The position numbers and the translations under genes are program-made. From NCBI GenBank assembly GCA_016182235.1, contig JACOXT010000003.1, positions 66,209 to 130,208 on the forward strand: a stretch of 64,000 nt of DNA, given 5' to 3'. Source of the DNA: Candidatus Levyibacteriota bacterium. Its GTDB lineage: Bacteria > Patescibacteriota > Microgenomatia > Levybacterales > UBA12049. The notes under the pieces were generated by a model. It made no database searches. It worked only from the letters and a program-made list of their open reading frames with translations, and was not told the origin of the DNA. Numbering within the stretch: the first letter of the stretch is position 1; the number at the start of each line of letters is the position of its first letter. Positions 26,630 through 34,777 of the stretch are shown here, piece by piece.

Positions 26630-27586
26630 ATGGATAATTTAACGATAACTAAGCTCAAGGCGCTAATAGACGAGAACGCCAACATCGGAATAGCCGTAGG
26701 CAAAAACCCCGGCATAGACGAGATGGGGGCAGCTTTGGCTTTATACTTAGCCTTGAGTCAAGAAGGCAAAAAGGTGACAATTGCTTCTCCGTCTGAACCA
26801 ATTGTTAAAGTTTCTTCTCTTGTTGGAATAGATAAGGTAAAGAAAGGCTTCGACCAAGATCAGGGAGATTTAACGGTTTCTTTTCCTTATAAAGAGGGAG
26901 AAATAGAAAAGATTTCTTATACTCTTGAGGATGGAAAATTAAATATCTTGGTTAAGGCTTCAGAGCTGGGTTTGTCTTTTGATGAAAATAATATACTCTA
27001 TTCTAGAGGAGGAGGAGCACCAAAGCTAGTTTTTGTAGTTGGAACTCCGAGAGTATCAGATTTAGGAAGGGTTTTTAGTCCGCAAGCGCTCAAAGATTCA
27101 ACAATAGTAAATATAGATTATAGGGAGAATAATCAAGGTTTTGGAGATCTAGTTCTAGTTAGTAAAAATTTATCTTCAGTCTCGGAGATGATAGCAAGCC
27201 TTATTGTTTCCATGGGTCTTAAAATAGATATGGATGTTGCTTCAAACTTAATGTCCGGAATAATTATGGCAACAGATAACTTCCAAAGCGCAAAGACAAG
27301 TCCTCTTTCATTTGAAATGGCGGCTTTCCTTATGAAAAAAGGCGCTACAAGACAAGCTCCTGATATAAATAAAAAGCCAGAGATTCTTCAGGGAGATGAG
27401 GCATATTCATTCTTTGCTCCTCCAAAACAACCCAAAAACGATGATCAAAAAGCAACCGCCTTTGCCAAAAAGGCCATAGAGCCGAAGGATGCCGCCTTTG
27501 CCAAAGATTCGAGCGAGCCAACGGAAGACAATCCTCCGGATGACTGGCTCGCACCAAAAATCTACAAAGGCTCAACTACAATATAA
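26630..27586 (+). CDS. DHH/NrnA-like protein with degenerate catalytic motifs
   Basis: Layout and spacing resemble DHH phosphoesterases (IGIAVGKNPGIDEMGAALAL...; IVNIDYRENN; GIIMATDNF). However, the DxD and DHH positions read GID and DYR. Confidence 0.55.
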   Translation: MDNLTITKLKALIDENANIGIAVGKNPGIDEMGAALALYLALSQEGKKVTIASPSEPIVKVSSLVGIDKVKKGFDQDQGDLTVSFPYKEGEIEKISYTLEDGKLNILVKASELGLSFDENNILYSRGGGAPKLVFVVGTPRVSDLGRVFSPQALKDSTIVNIDYRENNQGFGDLVLVSKNLSSVSEMIASLIVSMGLKIDMDVASNLMSGIIMATDNFQSAKTSPLSFEMAAFLMKKGATRQAPDINKKPEILQGDEAYSFFAPPKQPKNDDQKATAFAKKAIEPKDAAFAKDSSEPTEDNPPDDWLAPKIYKGSTTI

Positions 27587-27593
27587 TTAACCA

Positions 27594-27622
27594 TTGAAAG
27601 GCTTTTAATAAACTGCTATAAT
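27594..27622 (+). promoter_or_regulatory. Promoter TTGAAA-17-TATAAT about 120 nt upstream of rpsO
   Basis: Exact spacing was measured. The downstream leader is AT-rich and repeat-laden. Confidence 0.6.
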
Positions 27623-27628
27623 ATAAAT

Positions 27629-27740
27629 AATTAATTTTCAATTCGAAATTTTCAATTTTCAATGAAGCTTCAAATTTAAATTTTAAAAAATTAAGTTTTC
27701 ATTTCAAATCTTAAATTGAAAATTTTAAATTATTTAAGGT
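27629..27740 (+). promoter_or_regulatory. Long rpsO 5' leader (candidate S15 autoregulatory element)
   Basis: About 110 nt lie between the predicted TSS and ATG 27741, with ttttcaat/attgaaaa-type inverted repeats. Most neighbouring genes have almost no leader. Confidence 0.3.
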
Positions 27741-28010
27741 ATGCCGCTTAGTCCGACTCAGAAAAAACAGGTTATAAAAGAGTATCAAACAACAGACGGT
27801 GATACTGGAAGCCCAGAGGTTCAGATTGCGCTTTTAACAAAAAGAATTGATAGATTGACACAGCATTTGAAAGACCATATTCACGATATGCATAGCCGCC
27901 GGGGGCTTTTATCAATGATAGCCAAAAGAAGAAGACATATTAACTATTTAGAGGAAGTGGATAAAAAGCGTTCTTCAGTAATTGAAAAAAAGATAGGACT
28001 TAAAAAATAA
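27741..28010 (+). CDS. rpsO: 30S ribosomal protein S15
   Basis: GDTGSPEVQIALLTKRIDRLTQHLKDHIHDMHSRRGLL. Confidence 0.97.
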   Translation: MPLSPTQKKQVIKEYQTTDGDTGSPEVQIALLTKRIDRLTQHLKDHIHDMHSRRGLLSMIAKRRRHINYLEEVDKKRSSVIEKKIGLKK

Positions 28011-28016
28011 CCCATA

Positions 28017-30095
28017 ATGACTAATAGCAAAAAAAATACAGCGAATTTACAAATAAATGGTAAAACCTTAACTCTAGAAATAGGAGAACTGGCTCTTCAG
28101 GCAACGTCTTCTATATTGGCAAGGCTAGGAGATACGATGGTCTTGGTAACAGTGGTTGAGGGAGAAGAAAGAAAAGATATTGATTATTTTCCTCTTACTG
28201 TCGAATATGTAGAAAGGTTATACGCTGGAGGGAGAATCAAGGGTTCAAGATGGGTAAAAAGAGAGGGCAGGCCATCAGACGATTCTATTCTCATAGCGCG
28301 TCTTATAGACCGTTCAATAAGACCGCTTTTTCCAAAAGAATTTAAAAAAGAAGTACAAATCATTGTGACGGTTCTTTCTGTAGACGGAGAAAATTCTCCA
28401 GACGTTCTTTCGATTGTTGCAACAAGCGCCGCACTTGCAGTTTCAAGAATTCCCTGGTATGGGCCAGTCGGAGCAGTAAGAATAGGTTATGTTAAAGAAA
28501 AAGACCACGCAACTGAATCAGGGCATGAATTTTTAATAAATCATGGGGCGGGAGAATCCGAGCTATCGGATTTAGATTTAGTCATAACGCAATTAAAAGA
28601 TAAAACTTTGATGATAGAGGCGGAAGGACTACAAGTCTCTGAAGAAATAGTTCTTAAGGCAATTGAAAGAGCGCAGGTAGAGAATAACAAAATTATTAAT
28701 TTTATAGAAGATTTTGCAAAGAAAAATGGCGCGAAGAAAGAGACTGTAACGCCCAATTCTGAGTTTGCTAATCTTTTGACAAGACTTGAAAAGTCATACA
28801 AAGATGAGATCGTCGCGCTTGTTAAAAATAGAGTTGATAAAGAGTCGGGCGGAGATTCGTCTGATTTGATCGATAAAATTATTCAAGAGGAAAAAATTTC
28901 AGATCCGGAATTTTCCATTGCCTCTAAGGAAGTTGCCAAAGCAGTTGAGTATATTCTTTTTAAGCATATAAGGGAGAATACCTTGAAAAAAGGAATAAGA
29001 CCGGATGGAAGAAAAATAGATGAGATTCGGCCAATTTCTGCAAAAGTAGGAGTGCTCCCTAGAACTCATGGGTCTGCAATTTTTCAAAGAGGAGATACGC
29101 AGGCTTTGACGGTTGCGACATTGGGTTCGCCTCGTCTTGAACAGTTGATTGAGTCAGCGGAAGGAGAAGAATCCAAAAGATACATTCATCATTATTCAAT
29201 GCCTCCATATTCAGTTGGGGAAACAGGAAGGATAGGCGTGCCGTCAAGACGCGAGATTGGACATGGGGCCCTAGCAGAAAAAGCGCTTTTGGCTGTTATC
29301 CCAAAACAGGAAGAATTCCCCTATACGATTCGAGTTGTTTCAGAAATTCTTTCTTCCAATGGTTCAACTTCCATGGCTTCGACTTGCGGATCAACTCTTG
29401 CTCTAATGGACGCTGGGGTTCCAATCAAAAAACCTGTTTCGGGAATAGCGATGGGAATGGTTTCAAATGGAGATAAATATGTGATTTTAACTGATATTTT
29501 AGGCCTTGAGGATTTTTCTGGAGACATGGATTTTAAAGTTGCGGGAACAGATACAGGAGTTACAGCAATTCAACTGGATGTTAAGATTTTAGGATTAAAT
29601 ATTGTCCAAATTAAAGAGGTTTTTGAGAGAGCAAAAAAGGCAAGAGACTTTATTTTGGAAAAGATGCAGGGAGTTATTAAAGAGTCTCGTAAAGATGTTT
29701 CAACGTTTGCTCCAAAGATAGAGCAAATACAAGTTCCGGTTGACAAAATAGGAGAGGTGATTGGTCCCGGGGGACGCGTAATTAAGAATATAATTGCCCA
29801 AACAGGCGCAACTGTTGATGTTGAAGATGATGGAAAGGTAACTATTTCTGGAACATCGGAAGAATCTGTTTCAAAGGCTCTTGAGTGGGTAAAAGGTATT
29901 ACCAAAGAAGTAACAGTTGGGGAGACTTTTGAGGGGGAGGTCAAAAGAATCCTTCCGTTTGGAGCATTCATAGAATTTTTGCCCGGAAAAGAAGGAATGG
30001 TTCATGTTTCTCAGATGTCAACGGGATTTGTCAGGAATCCTATGGATGTTGTCTCAATTGGCAAAAAAGTTAAAGTTAAGGTTATTGAAATCTAA
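28017..30095 (+). CDS. pnp: Polyribonucleotide nucleotidyltransferase (PNPase), S1 domain cut short at ...VKVKVIEI*
   Basis: It has two RNase PH domains, a KH domain and an S1 domain (GETFEGEVKRILPFGAFIEF...). It lacks the usual terminal D..GRI.LS strand, which is found displaced at 31800-31853. Confidence 0.95.
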   Translation: MTNSKKNTANLQINGKTLTLEIGELALQATSSILARLGDTMVLVTVVEGEERKDIDYFPLTVEYVERLYAGGRIKGSRWVKREGRPSDDSILIARLIDRSIRPLFPKEFKKEVQIIVTVLSVDGENSPDVLSIVATSAALAVSRIPWYGPVGAVRIGYVKEKDHATESGHEFLINHGAGESELSDLDLVITQLKDKTLMIEAEGLQVSEEIVLKAIERAQVENNKIINFIEDFAKKNGAKKETVTPNSEFANLLTRLEKSYKDEIVALVKNRVDKESGGDSSDLIDKIIQEEKISDPEFSIASKEVAKAVEYILFKHIRENTLKKGIRPDGRKIDEIRPISAKVGVLPRTHGSAIFQRGDTQALTVATLGSPRLEQLIESAEGEESKRYIHHYSMPPYSVGETGRIGVPSRREIGHGALAEKALLAVIPKQEEFPYTIRVVSEILSSNGSTSMASTCGSTLALMDAGVPIKKPVSGIAMGMVSNGDKYVILTDILGLEDFSGDMDFKVAGTDTGVTAIQLDVKILGLNIVQIKEVFERAKKARDFILEKMQGVIKESRKDVSTFAPKIEQIQVPVDKIGEVIGPGGRVIKNIIAQTGATVDVEDDGKVTISGTSEESVSKALEWVKGITKEVTVGETFEGEVKRILPFGAFIEFLPGKEGMVHVSQMSTGFVRNPMDVVSIGKKVKVKVIEI

Positions 30096-30158
30096 TCCCC
30101 GTTTCCGAAAGCCCCATTATTGACAAATAATCTCATGGTAGGATAACATACGAGAATT

Positions 30159-30908
30159 ATGTTAGAAGAATGGATCAGAATACAACATGTAAAAGGTAAC
30201 AGGGATGGTGGTGAAATGGGATCCACCCTTCTTAAACTCTATGGCGACGAACCTTTTCCTTATCCTCTAACTCAAGCTGCCCCCGAAGGAACTCCGCAGG
30301 ATATACTCGGCCATGCAATTTCGGAATACAAGAAAGGACATCTTACCCCAGAGTTAGTTGATGCAACTTGGCAGACAATCTGGAAAACATGGGGAGAAAG
30401 AATTAATCATACTTTTCAAGTCCCATCTTGTGATCGAACCCCAGAAGAATTAGGAGGGCTTGCAGGAAAAAATAGAGCAGTTCTTTTAGTGCCAGATGAG
30501 ATATATACGAAAGAAGGTTTAGTTCTTATTGGAAAAATGTTTCCTAAAATACAAGGCTGGACTAAAAGCGAAAATGTTAAAGTTAAAGACAATAACGGAG
30601 GTTCTATAGACATAGAGATGGACATAGATTCTCCTAATAGGAATACCAGTGAAGATAAAGCAAGGAATATTTTTATAAGGGAAAGACGCAGAGTACAAAG
30701 ATTTGCAACCTATATTGTTGGTTCCCAATTCAGTCAACTTTTGACTGGTCGTTATTTAGATGAGGGATCTACATGGTCTCGTTGTTTTGATTCTGTTAGT
30801 GGCGGCTTTGCTGTTGCTAAGTTCGAGTCGGATGGTCGATTGAAAGTCGCGCGGCTAAGTGTCCATCCGAGTTTAGGGTATCGTTCCGAGGGAGTAAAGG
30901 AAGCTTAG
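30159..30908 (+). CDS. Hypothetical protein, 249 aa, no recognisable motif; visibly GC-richer than its neighbours
   Basis: A long ORF with its own promoter-like signal (TTGACA 30120-30125, GATAAC 30142-30147). It sits inside the block that interrupts pnp. Confidence 0.6.
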   Translation: MLEEWIRIQHVKGNRDGGEMGSTLLKLYGDEPFPYPLTQAAPEGTPQDILGHAISEYKKGHLTPELVDATWQTIWKTWGERINHTFQVPSCDRTPEELGGLAGKNRAVLLVPDEIYTKEGLVLIGKMFPKIQGWTKSENVKVKDNNGGSIDIEMDIDSPNRNTSEDKARNIFIRERRRVQRFATYIVGSQFSQLLTGRYLDEGSTWSRCFDSVSGGFAVAKFESDGRLKVARLSVHPSLGYRSEGVKEA

Positions 30909-31034
30909 TCTTTTGATCCTTTGATCTTCTTTGCGTCTTTGAACTTTCCGTTTTTTTGATGGAGTAAATAATGAAAGTAGGTTAATGTTCTCAAGAGAAC
31001 TTCTTTTGAGACTCCGAAATTATTGTGGTGTGAG

Positions 31035-31758
31035 CTTCCCACATGGAATGTGGGAGCACGAGGTAAATCATTAATCTTCTTCTGGATCTATAAGTAATTT
31101 ATGAATAACAGAATCTTCGACTTCGGTTTCTTCCACAAATGACTGGTAACTTAAATTGGGGTTAGTTTTTGAGAAATAAGACAATATGAATTCTGTGTTG
31201 CAGAAAGGATGCTCGTCTTCATGCAGGTAATATTTATAGGAAGAATAAGAACGAAGATTACTGTTGCTAAGCTTTAAGGGATTGCGATGGATATATTTTG
31301 AAACTTGCAGTAAATATTCATCATTTTCTATAATCTTGGCTTTAAATGTTCCTTGGAAAAGTGGCCCAATACGTTCATGTTTTGTATTAAAATATCTGGT
31401 ATAGCTATTTGCAAACTTCCTTAAAAAATTCGTTATTCCATCATCTACGTTTTGCTTTAGTAGAAAATGAAAATGGTTAGGCATTAGGCAGTAAGAATAA
31501 ATCTCTACCAAATCAATTTGATTTTCGATCTTTTTAGCTTTTTCTATTCCCCTTTTAAAGTCTGAAAGCTTTGCTGGTAGCGGAGTTTTGTGATAGAAAT
31601 CCATAGTCAATAAAAACTGTTGATAGTCGCGTTTATTAATAAAAATATTTCTTTTTTCTACGCCTCGATTATAAATATGATAATAGTTACCGGTAGTAAA
31701 ATAAGGATTAGTCACTGTCTAATGATAAATATTCGTGCTCCCACTTGTCAAGTGGGAG
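31035..31758. mobile_element. IS200/IS605-family or REP-associated (RAYT-like) Y1 transposase unit flanked by inverted hairpins
   Basis: The left hairpin is ttcccacat-gga-atgtgggag + cacga (31036-31061). The right hairpin is tcgtg + ctcccactt-gtc-aagtgggag (31733-31758). A third, weaker copy lies at 31897-31913. Confidence 0.75.
31071..31715 (-). CDS. Y1 (HUH) transposase, IS200-like / REP-associated tyrosine transposase family
   Basis: YHIYNRGVEKRNIF, the HUH motif in MPNHFHFLL, GPLFQGTFKAK, and the catalytic Tyr region SKYIHRNPLK. The start codon is GTG. Confidence 0.85.
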   Translation of the reverse strand: MTNPYFTTGNYYHIYNRGVEKRNIFINKRDYQQFLLTMDFYHKTPLPAKLSDFKRGIEKAKKIENQIDLVEIYSYCLMPNHFHFLLKQNVDDGITNFLRKFANSYTRYFNTKHERIGPLFQGTFKAKIIENDEYLLQVSKYIHRNPLKLSNSNLRSYSSYKYYLHEDEHPFCNTEFILSYFSKTNPNLSYQSFVEETEVEDSVIHKLLIDPEED

Positions 31759-31799
31759 ATCACAAGAGGGAGATCCGGAGATCCACACACAATTTACTA

Positions 31800-31853
31800 T
31801 GGATAAAGTTGTCTACGCAAGAAGCCTTGAGCAGATTAAACACCTGGCTCTAG
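31800..31853 (+). pseudogene. Displaced 3' end of pnp (WIKLSTQEALSRLNTWL*)
   Basis: IKLSTQEAL matches the canonical PNPase S1 terminal strand (GRIxLSxKEA). It is on the same strand and in the same phase (mod 3) as pnp, directly after the inserted block. Confidence 0.6.
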
Positions 31854-31916
31854 AAGAGTAAAGATAAGTATAAAAAAGGAGAAGTGTCAGCCTAATCACC
31901 TCGAAGGTGGGAGCGA

Positions 31917-31946
31917 TTGTGAAATTTAGGAGTTTTGTAGTATTAT
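31917..31946 (+). promoter_or_regulatory. Promoter TTGTGA-18-TATTAT, 6 nt before ATG 31953
   Basis: Spacing was measured from the sequence. Confidence 0.5.
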
Positions 31947-31952
31947 AGTCTT

Positions 31953-33017
31953 ATGGATGTTAGTCTTCCGCTTGAGACTCAAATAGAAAAACTCGTTGAA
32001 AAAGCAAAGGAAGCTCAGTTGCCCCAAGATTTACTGGAAAAGATAGAAGAAGAGATAAATCTTTTGAAAGCAAGCCTTAAAGGAGGATCCTCCTCTAGCG
32101 GATCATTTATGGAGTTTGAGAGTATTGTAAATTATATAAATTGGGTTACATCCGTGCCCTTTAACAAAGAGACAAAAGATATATTGGACCTTGAGCTTGC
32201 CAAAAAGGTATTGGATAAAAATCATCATGGTTTGTCAAACGTTAAAAATGTGATTTTGGAATATTTATCTTCTATTATTTTGAATGTAAGAAGTGGAGGG
32301 AATAACGCTAGGGCTCCTATTCTTTGTCTTGTCGGACTTGTTGGGACTGGAAAAACTACTCTTGGGTATTCAATTGCTGAGAGCATGGGCAGAAATTTTG
32401 AAAGAATACCGTTTGGAGGAATGGGTGATGCGAGTGACCTTCGCGGAAAATCAAGGGCAGTGTCTGATGCAACTCCTGGAATATTAATAAAAAGCATAAT
32501 CCATGCTCAAAGCAAAAATTGCGTAATACTTCTTGATGAACTGGATAGGGTAACAGAGGAAGGCAAAAAAGATATTATGGGAGTTCTAGTTGAACTTTTG
32601 GACCCCGAACAAAACAAGTCATATGTGGATCATTACATAGATTATCCTTTTGATTTATCTAAGATTTTGTTTGTCGCAACTGCAAATAATACGACAGGTA
32701 TTGCGACAGCTGTTTTAGATAGACTTCAGCTGATTCAGATGCCATCTTACACGGATGAGGAAAAAATAGTTATCGCAAGAAATTATTTACTAACAAAAAT
32801 TCGTAGTGAAGCAGGGTTATCCGAATCCCAATTGTCTATCAACGAAGATGTTTGGCCTGGAATTATTCGTCCTTTGGGTTATGATTCGGGAATCCGAAGT
32901 CTTCAGCGTACAATAGAAGGTATATGCAGAAAAGTAGCAAGGATGATCGTTGAGGGGAAAATACAATCAGTTAACGTGACTACTCAAAATGTCAAAGAAT
33001 TCCTGCCAACTGAGTAA
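31953..33017 (+). CDS. Lon-like AAA+ module only (no N-terminal LON domain, no protease domain)
   Basis: HHGLSNVKNVILEYLS, Walker A GLVGTGKTTLGYSIA, Walker B VILLDELDRV, SGIRSLQRTIEGICRK. The protein ends after the lid helix, at 354 aa. Confidence 0.8.
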   Translation: MDVSLPLETQIEKLVEKAKEAQLPQDLLEKIEEEINLLKASLKGGSSSSGSFMEFESIVNYINWVTSVPFNKETKDILDLELAKKVLDKNHHGLSNVKNVILEYLSSIILNVRSGGNNARAPILCLVGLVGTGKTTLGYSIAESMGRNFERIPFGGMGDASDLRGKSRAVSDATPGILIKSIIHAQSKNCVILLDELDRVTEEGKKDIMGVLVELLDPEQNKSYVDHYIDYPFDLSKILFVATANNTTGIATAVLDRLQLIQMPSYTDEEKIVIARNYLLTKIRSEAGLSESQLSINEDVWPGIIRPLGYDSGIRSLQRTIEGICRKVARMIVEGKIQSVNVTTQNVKEFLPTE

Positions 33018-33063
33018 GTTGACATAGGTCTTAGGTCAATTAGAAATTAGTAATTAGAAATTT

Positions 33064-34740
33064 ATGAATACTGTTTCTTTCGTCCCCCTCGGTGGTATTG
33101 GTGATGTTACCAAAAATATGTATTTGTATGAATATAATAATCAAATACTTATCGTTGATTGCGGGTTGGGTTTTGCGGATGAAACAATGCTTGGAGTTGA
33201 TCTTTTGCTTCCTGACATTTCATATTTACTTAAAGTGTGTCAGCCGTTTGGCAAATCAAAGAAAAGAATTGCAGGAATGGTTCTAACGCATGGACACGAG
33301 GATCATATTGGAGCGCTTCCTTTTATCTTGCCTCAATTGCCAAAATTTCCAATATTTGGGACAGTTTTTACTGCAGCTTTGGCTAACGCAAAACTTGCCG
33401 AATTTGGAGTAGAAGGACGAGTTGAAGAAGTAAAGTTTGGAGACTCATTAAGAAAAATTGGAGATTTTGAAGTTGATTTTATAAGAGTTACGCATTCAAT
33501 ACCTGATACAAGTCATGTTTTCATTAGAACCCCTTTGGGAAGTTTCTATCATGGATCGGATTTTAAATTCGACGAGACTCCCTATGATGGCAAAAAAACA
33601 GATTTTGCGAAGATATCAAAAGTGGCGAAGTCTCAAGTTTTATGTATGATGTCTGATTGTTTGGGGTCTGAAAGAAAAGGAAGAAGTCAGTCAGAAATAA
33701 CACTTTTGGACAGTTTCTTAAGGGAGATGAAGGAATGTAGGGGGAAATTTATTGCTACTACTTATTCCTCAAATATCTCAAGACTCAATCAGATTATAGA
33801 GGCGTCTGAACAATCGGGTAGAAAAGTATGTTTCATAGGCAGATCTTTAATAAGAACAAAAGAAGTTGCTAAGCGTTTGGAATATATGACAATTGGGAAG
33901 AATCTGGAAATCAAGATAGAAAATATTGGAAGCTATAGCGATGATAAGCTCACTCTTATAGTAGCAGGCAGTCAAGGTCAGGAAAATTCCGCGATGTCTA
34001 GGATTGCGAGTGGAGAGCATAAGGAAGTTAGACTAAGCGAAAATGATATAGTTGTTTTTTCCGCAGACCCGATTCCGGGAAACGAAACTTCGATTTACGA
34101 GCTGATTGATGCAATTGCCAAGAAAGGAATTAAAGTATTTTATTCTGCAATGGGTGCGCAGTTTCATGTATCCGGACACGGATCGCTGGATGAGCTTTCT
34201 CAACTTGTACACTTAGTAAAACCCAAGAATATTATTCCCATTGGCGGATCTTACAGGCACATGTTTGCGTATAGAGATATGACAGAAAAGTTAGGATACA
34301 AAAAAAGCGATTCCTTGCTTATCGAAGACGGACAAGAAATTATTTTTTCTAAAGAGGGCGTTAAGTATGGCAAAACAATACCTGTCAAAAAAGTATACGT
34401 TGATGAGATATCTGGAGAGGCAATAGAACATTTTATTTTAAGGGATAGGCAAAAGCTTTCTGAAGGAGGGATTGCTGTAATTCTTGTAGAGGTTGATTCT
34501 AATAACGGTCAGCTTGTTGGCAAGCCGGATATTATCATGAGAGGATTGTCAGTATCTTTTGATATTGGCCGTTTGAATTCAAAACTCTTTATGGATTTCA
34601 GGAAAGCGTTGCTTTCTAGAAAAGGCAGGGTTATAAATTGGATTTATGTAAGGAAGTTAATAGGAGAGCTGGCGGAACGAAGAATCTTCAAAGAACTCCA
34701 CCGCCGTCCCCTCGTTCTACCGGTTGTGATTGAGGTATAA
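33064..34740 (+). CDS. rnj: Ribonuclease J
   Basis: Metallo-beta-lactamase motif LTHGHEDHIGALP, beta-CASP and C-terminal domains, 558 aa. Confidence 0.92.
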   Translation: MNTVSFVPLGGIGDVTKNMYLYEYNNQILIVDCGLGFADETMLGVDLLLPDISYLLKVCQPFGKSKKRIAGMVLTHGHEDHIGALPFILPQLPKFPIFGTVFTAALANAKLAEFGVEGRVEEVKFGDSLRKIGDFEVDFIRVTHSIPDTSHVFIRTPLGSFYHGSDFKFDETPYDGKKTDFAKISKVAKSQVLCMMSDCLGSERKGRSQSEITLLDSFLREMKECRGKFIATTYSSNISRLNQIIEASEQSGRKVCFIGRSLIRTKEVAKRLEYMTIGKNLEIKIENIGSYSDDKLTLIVAGSQGQENSAMSRIASGEHKEVRLSENDIVVFSADPIPGNETSIYELIDAIAKKGIKVFYSAMGAQFHVSGHGSLDELSQLVHLVKPKNIIPIGGSYRHMFAYRDMTEKLGYKKSDSLLIEDGQEIIFSKEGVKYGKTIPVKKVYVDEISGEAIEHFILRDRQKLSEGGIAVILVEVDSNNGQLVGKPDIIMRGLSVSFDIGRLNSKLFMDFRKALLSRKGRVINWIYVRKLIGELAERRIFKELHRRPLVLPVVIEV

Positions 34741-34777
34741 GATTATTCCAAAAACCCCAGTAGCAGAGCTTCGCTCG

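Noticed and set aside
31620-31853. 77-aa ORF from the ORF track
   Set aside because: It is a chimeric reading frame running antisense through the transposase 5' end and the right hairpin into the displaced pnp tail. Only its last ~17 codons are meaningful, as the pnp relic.
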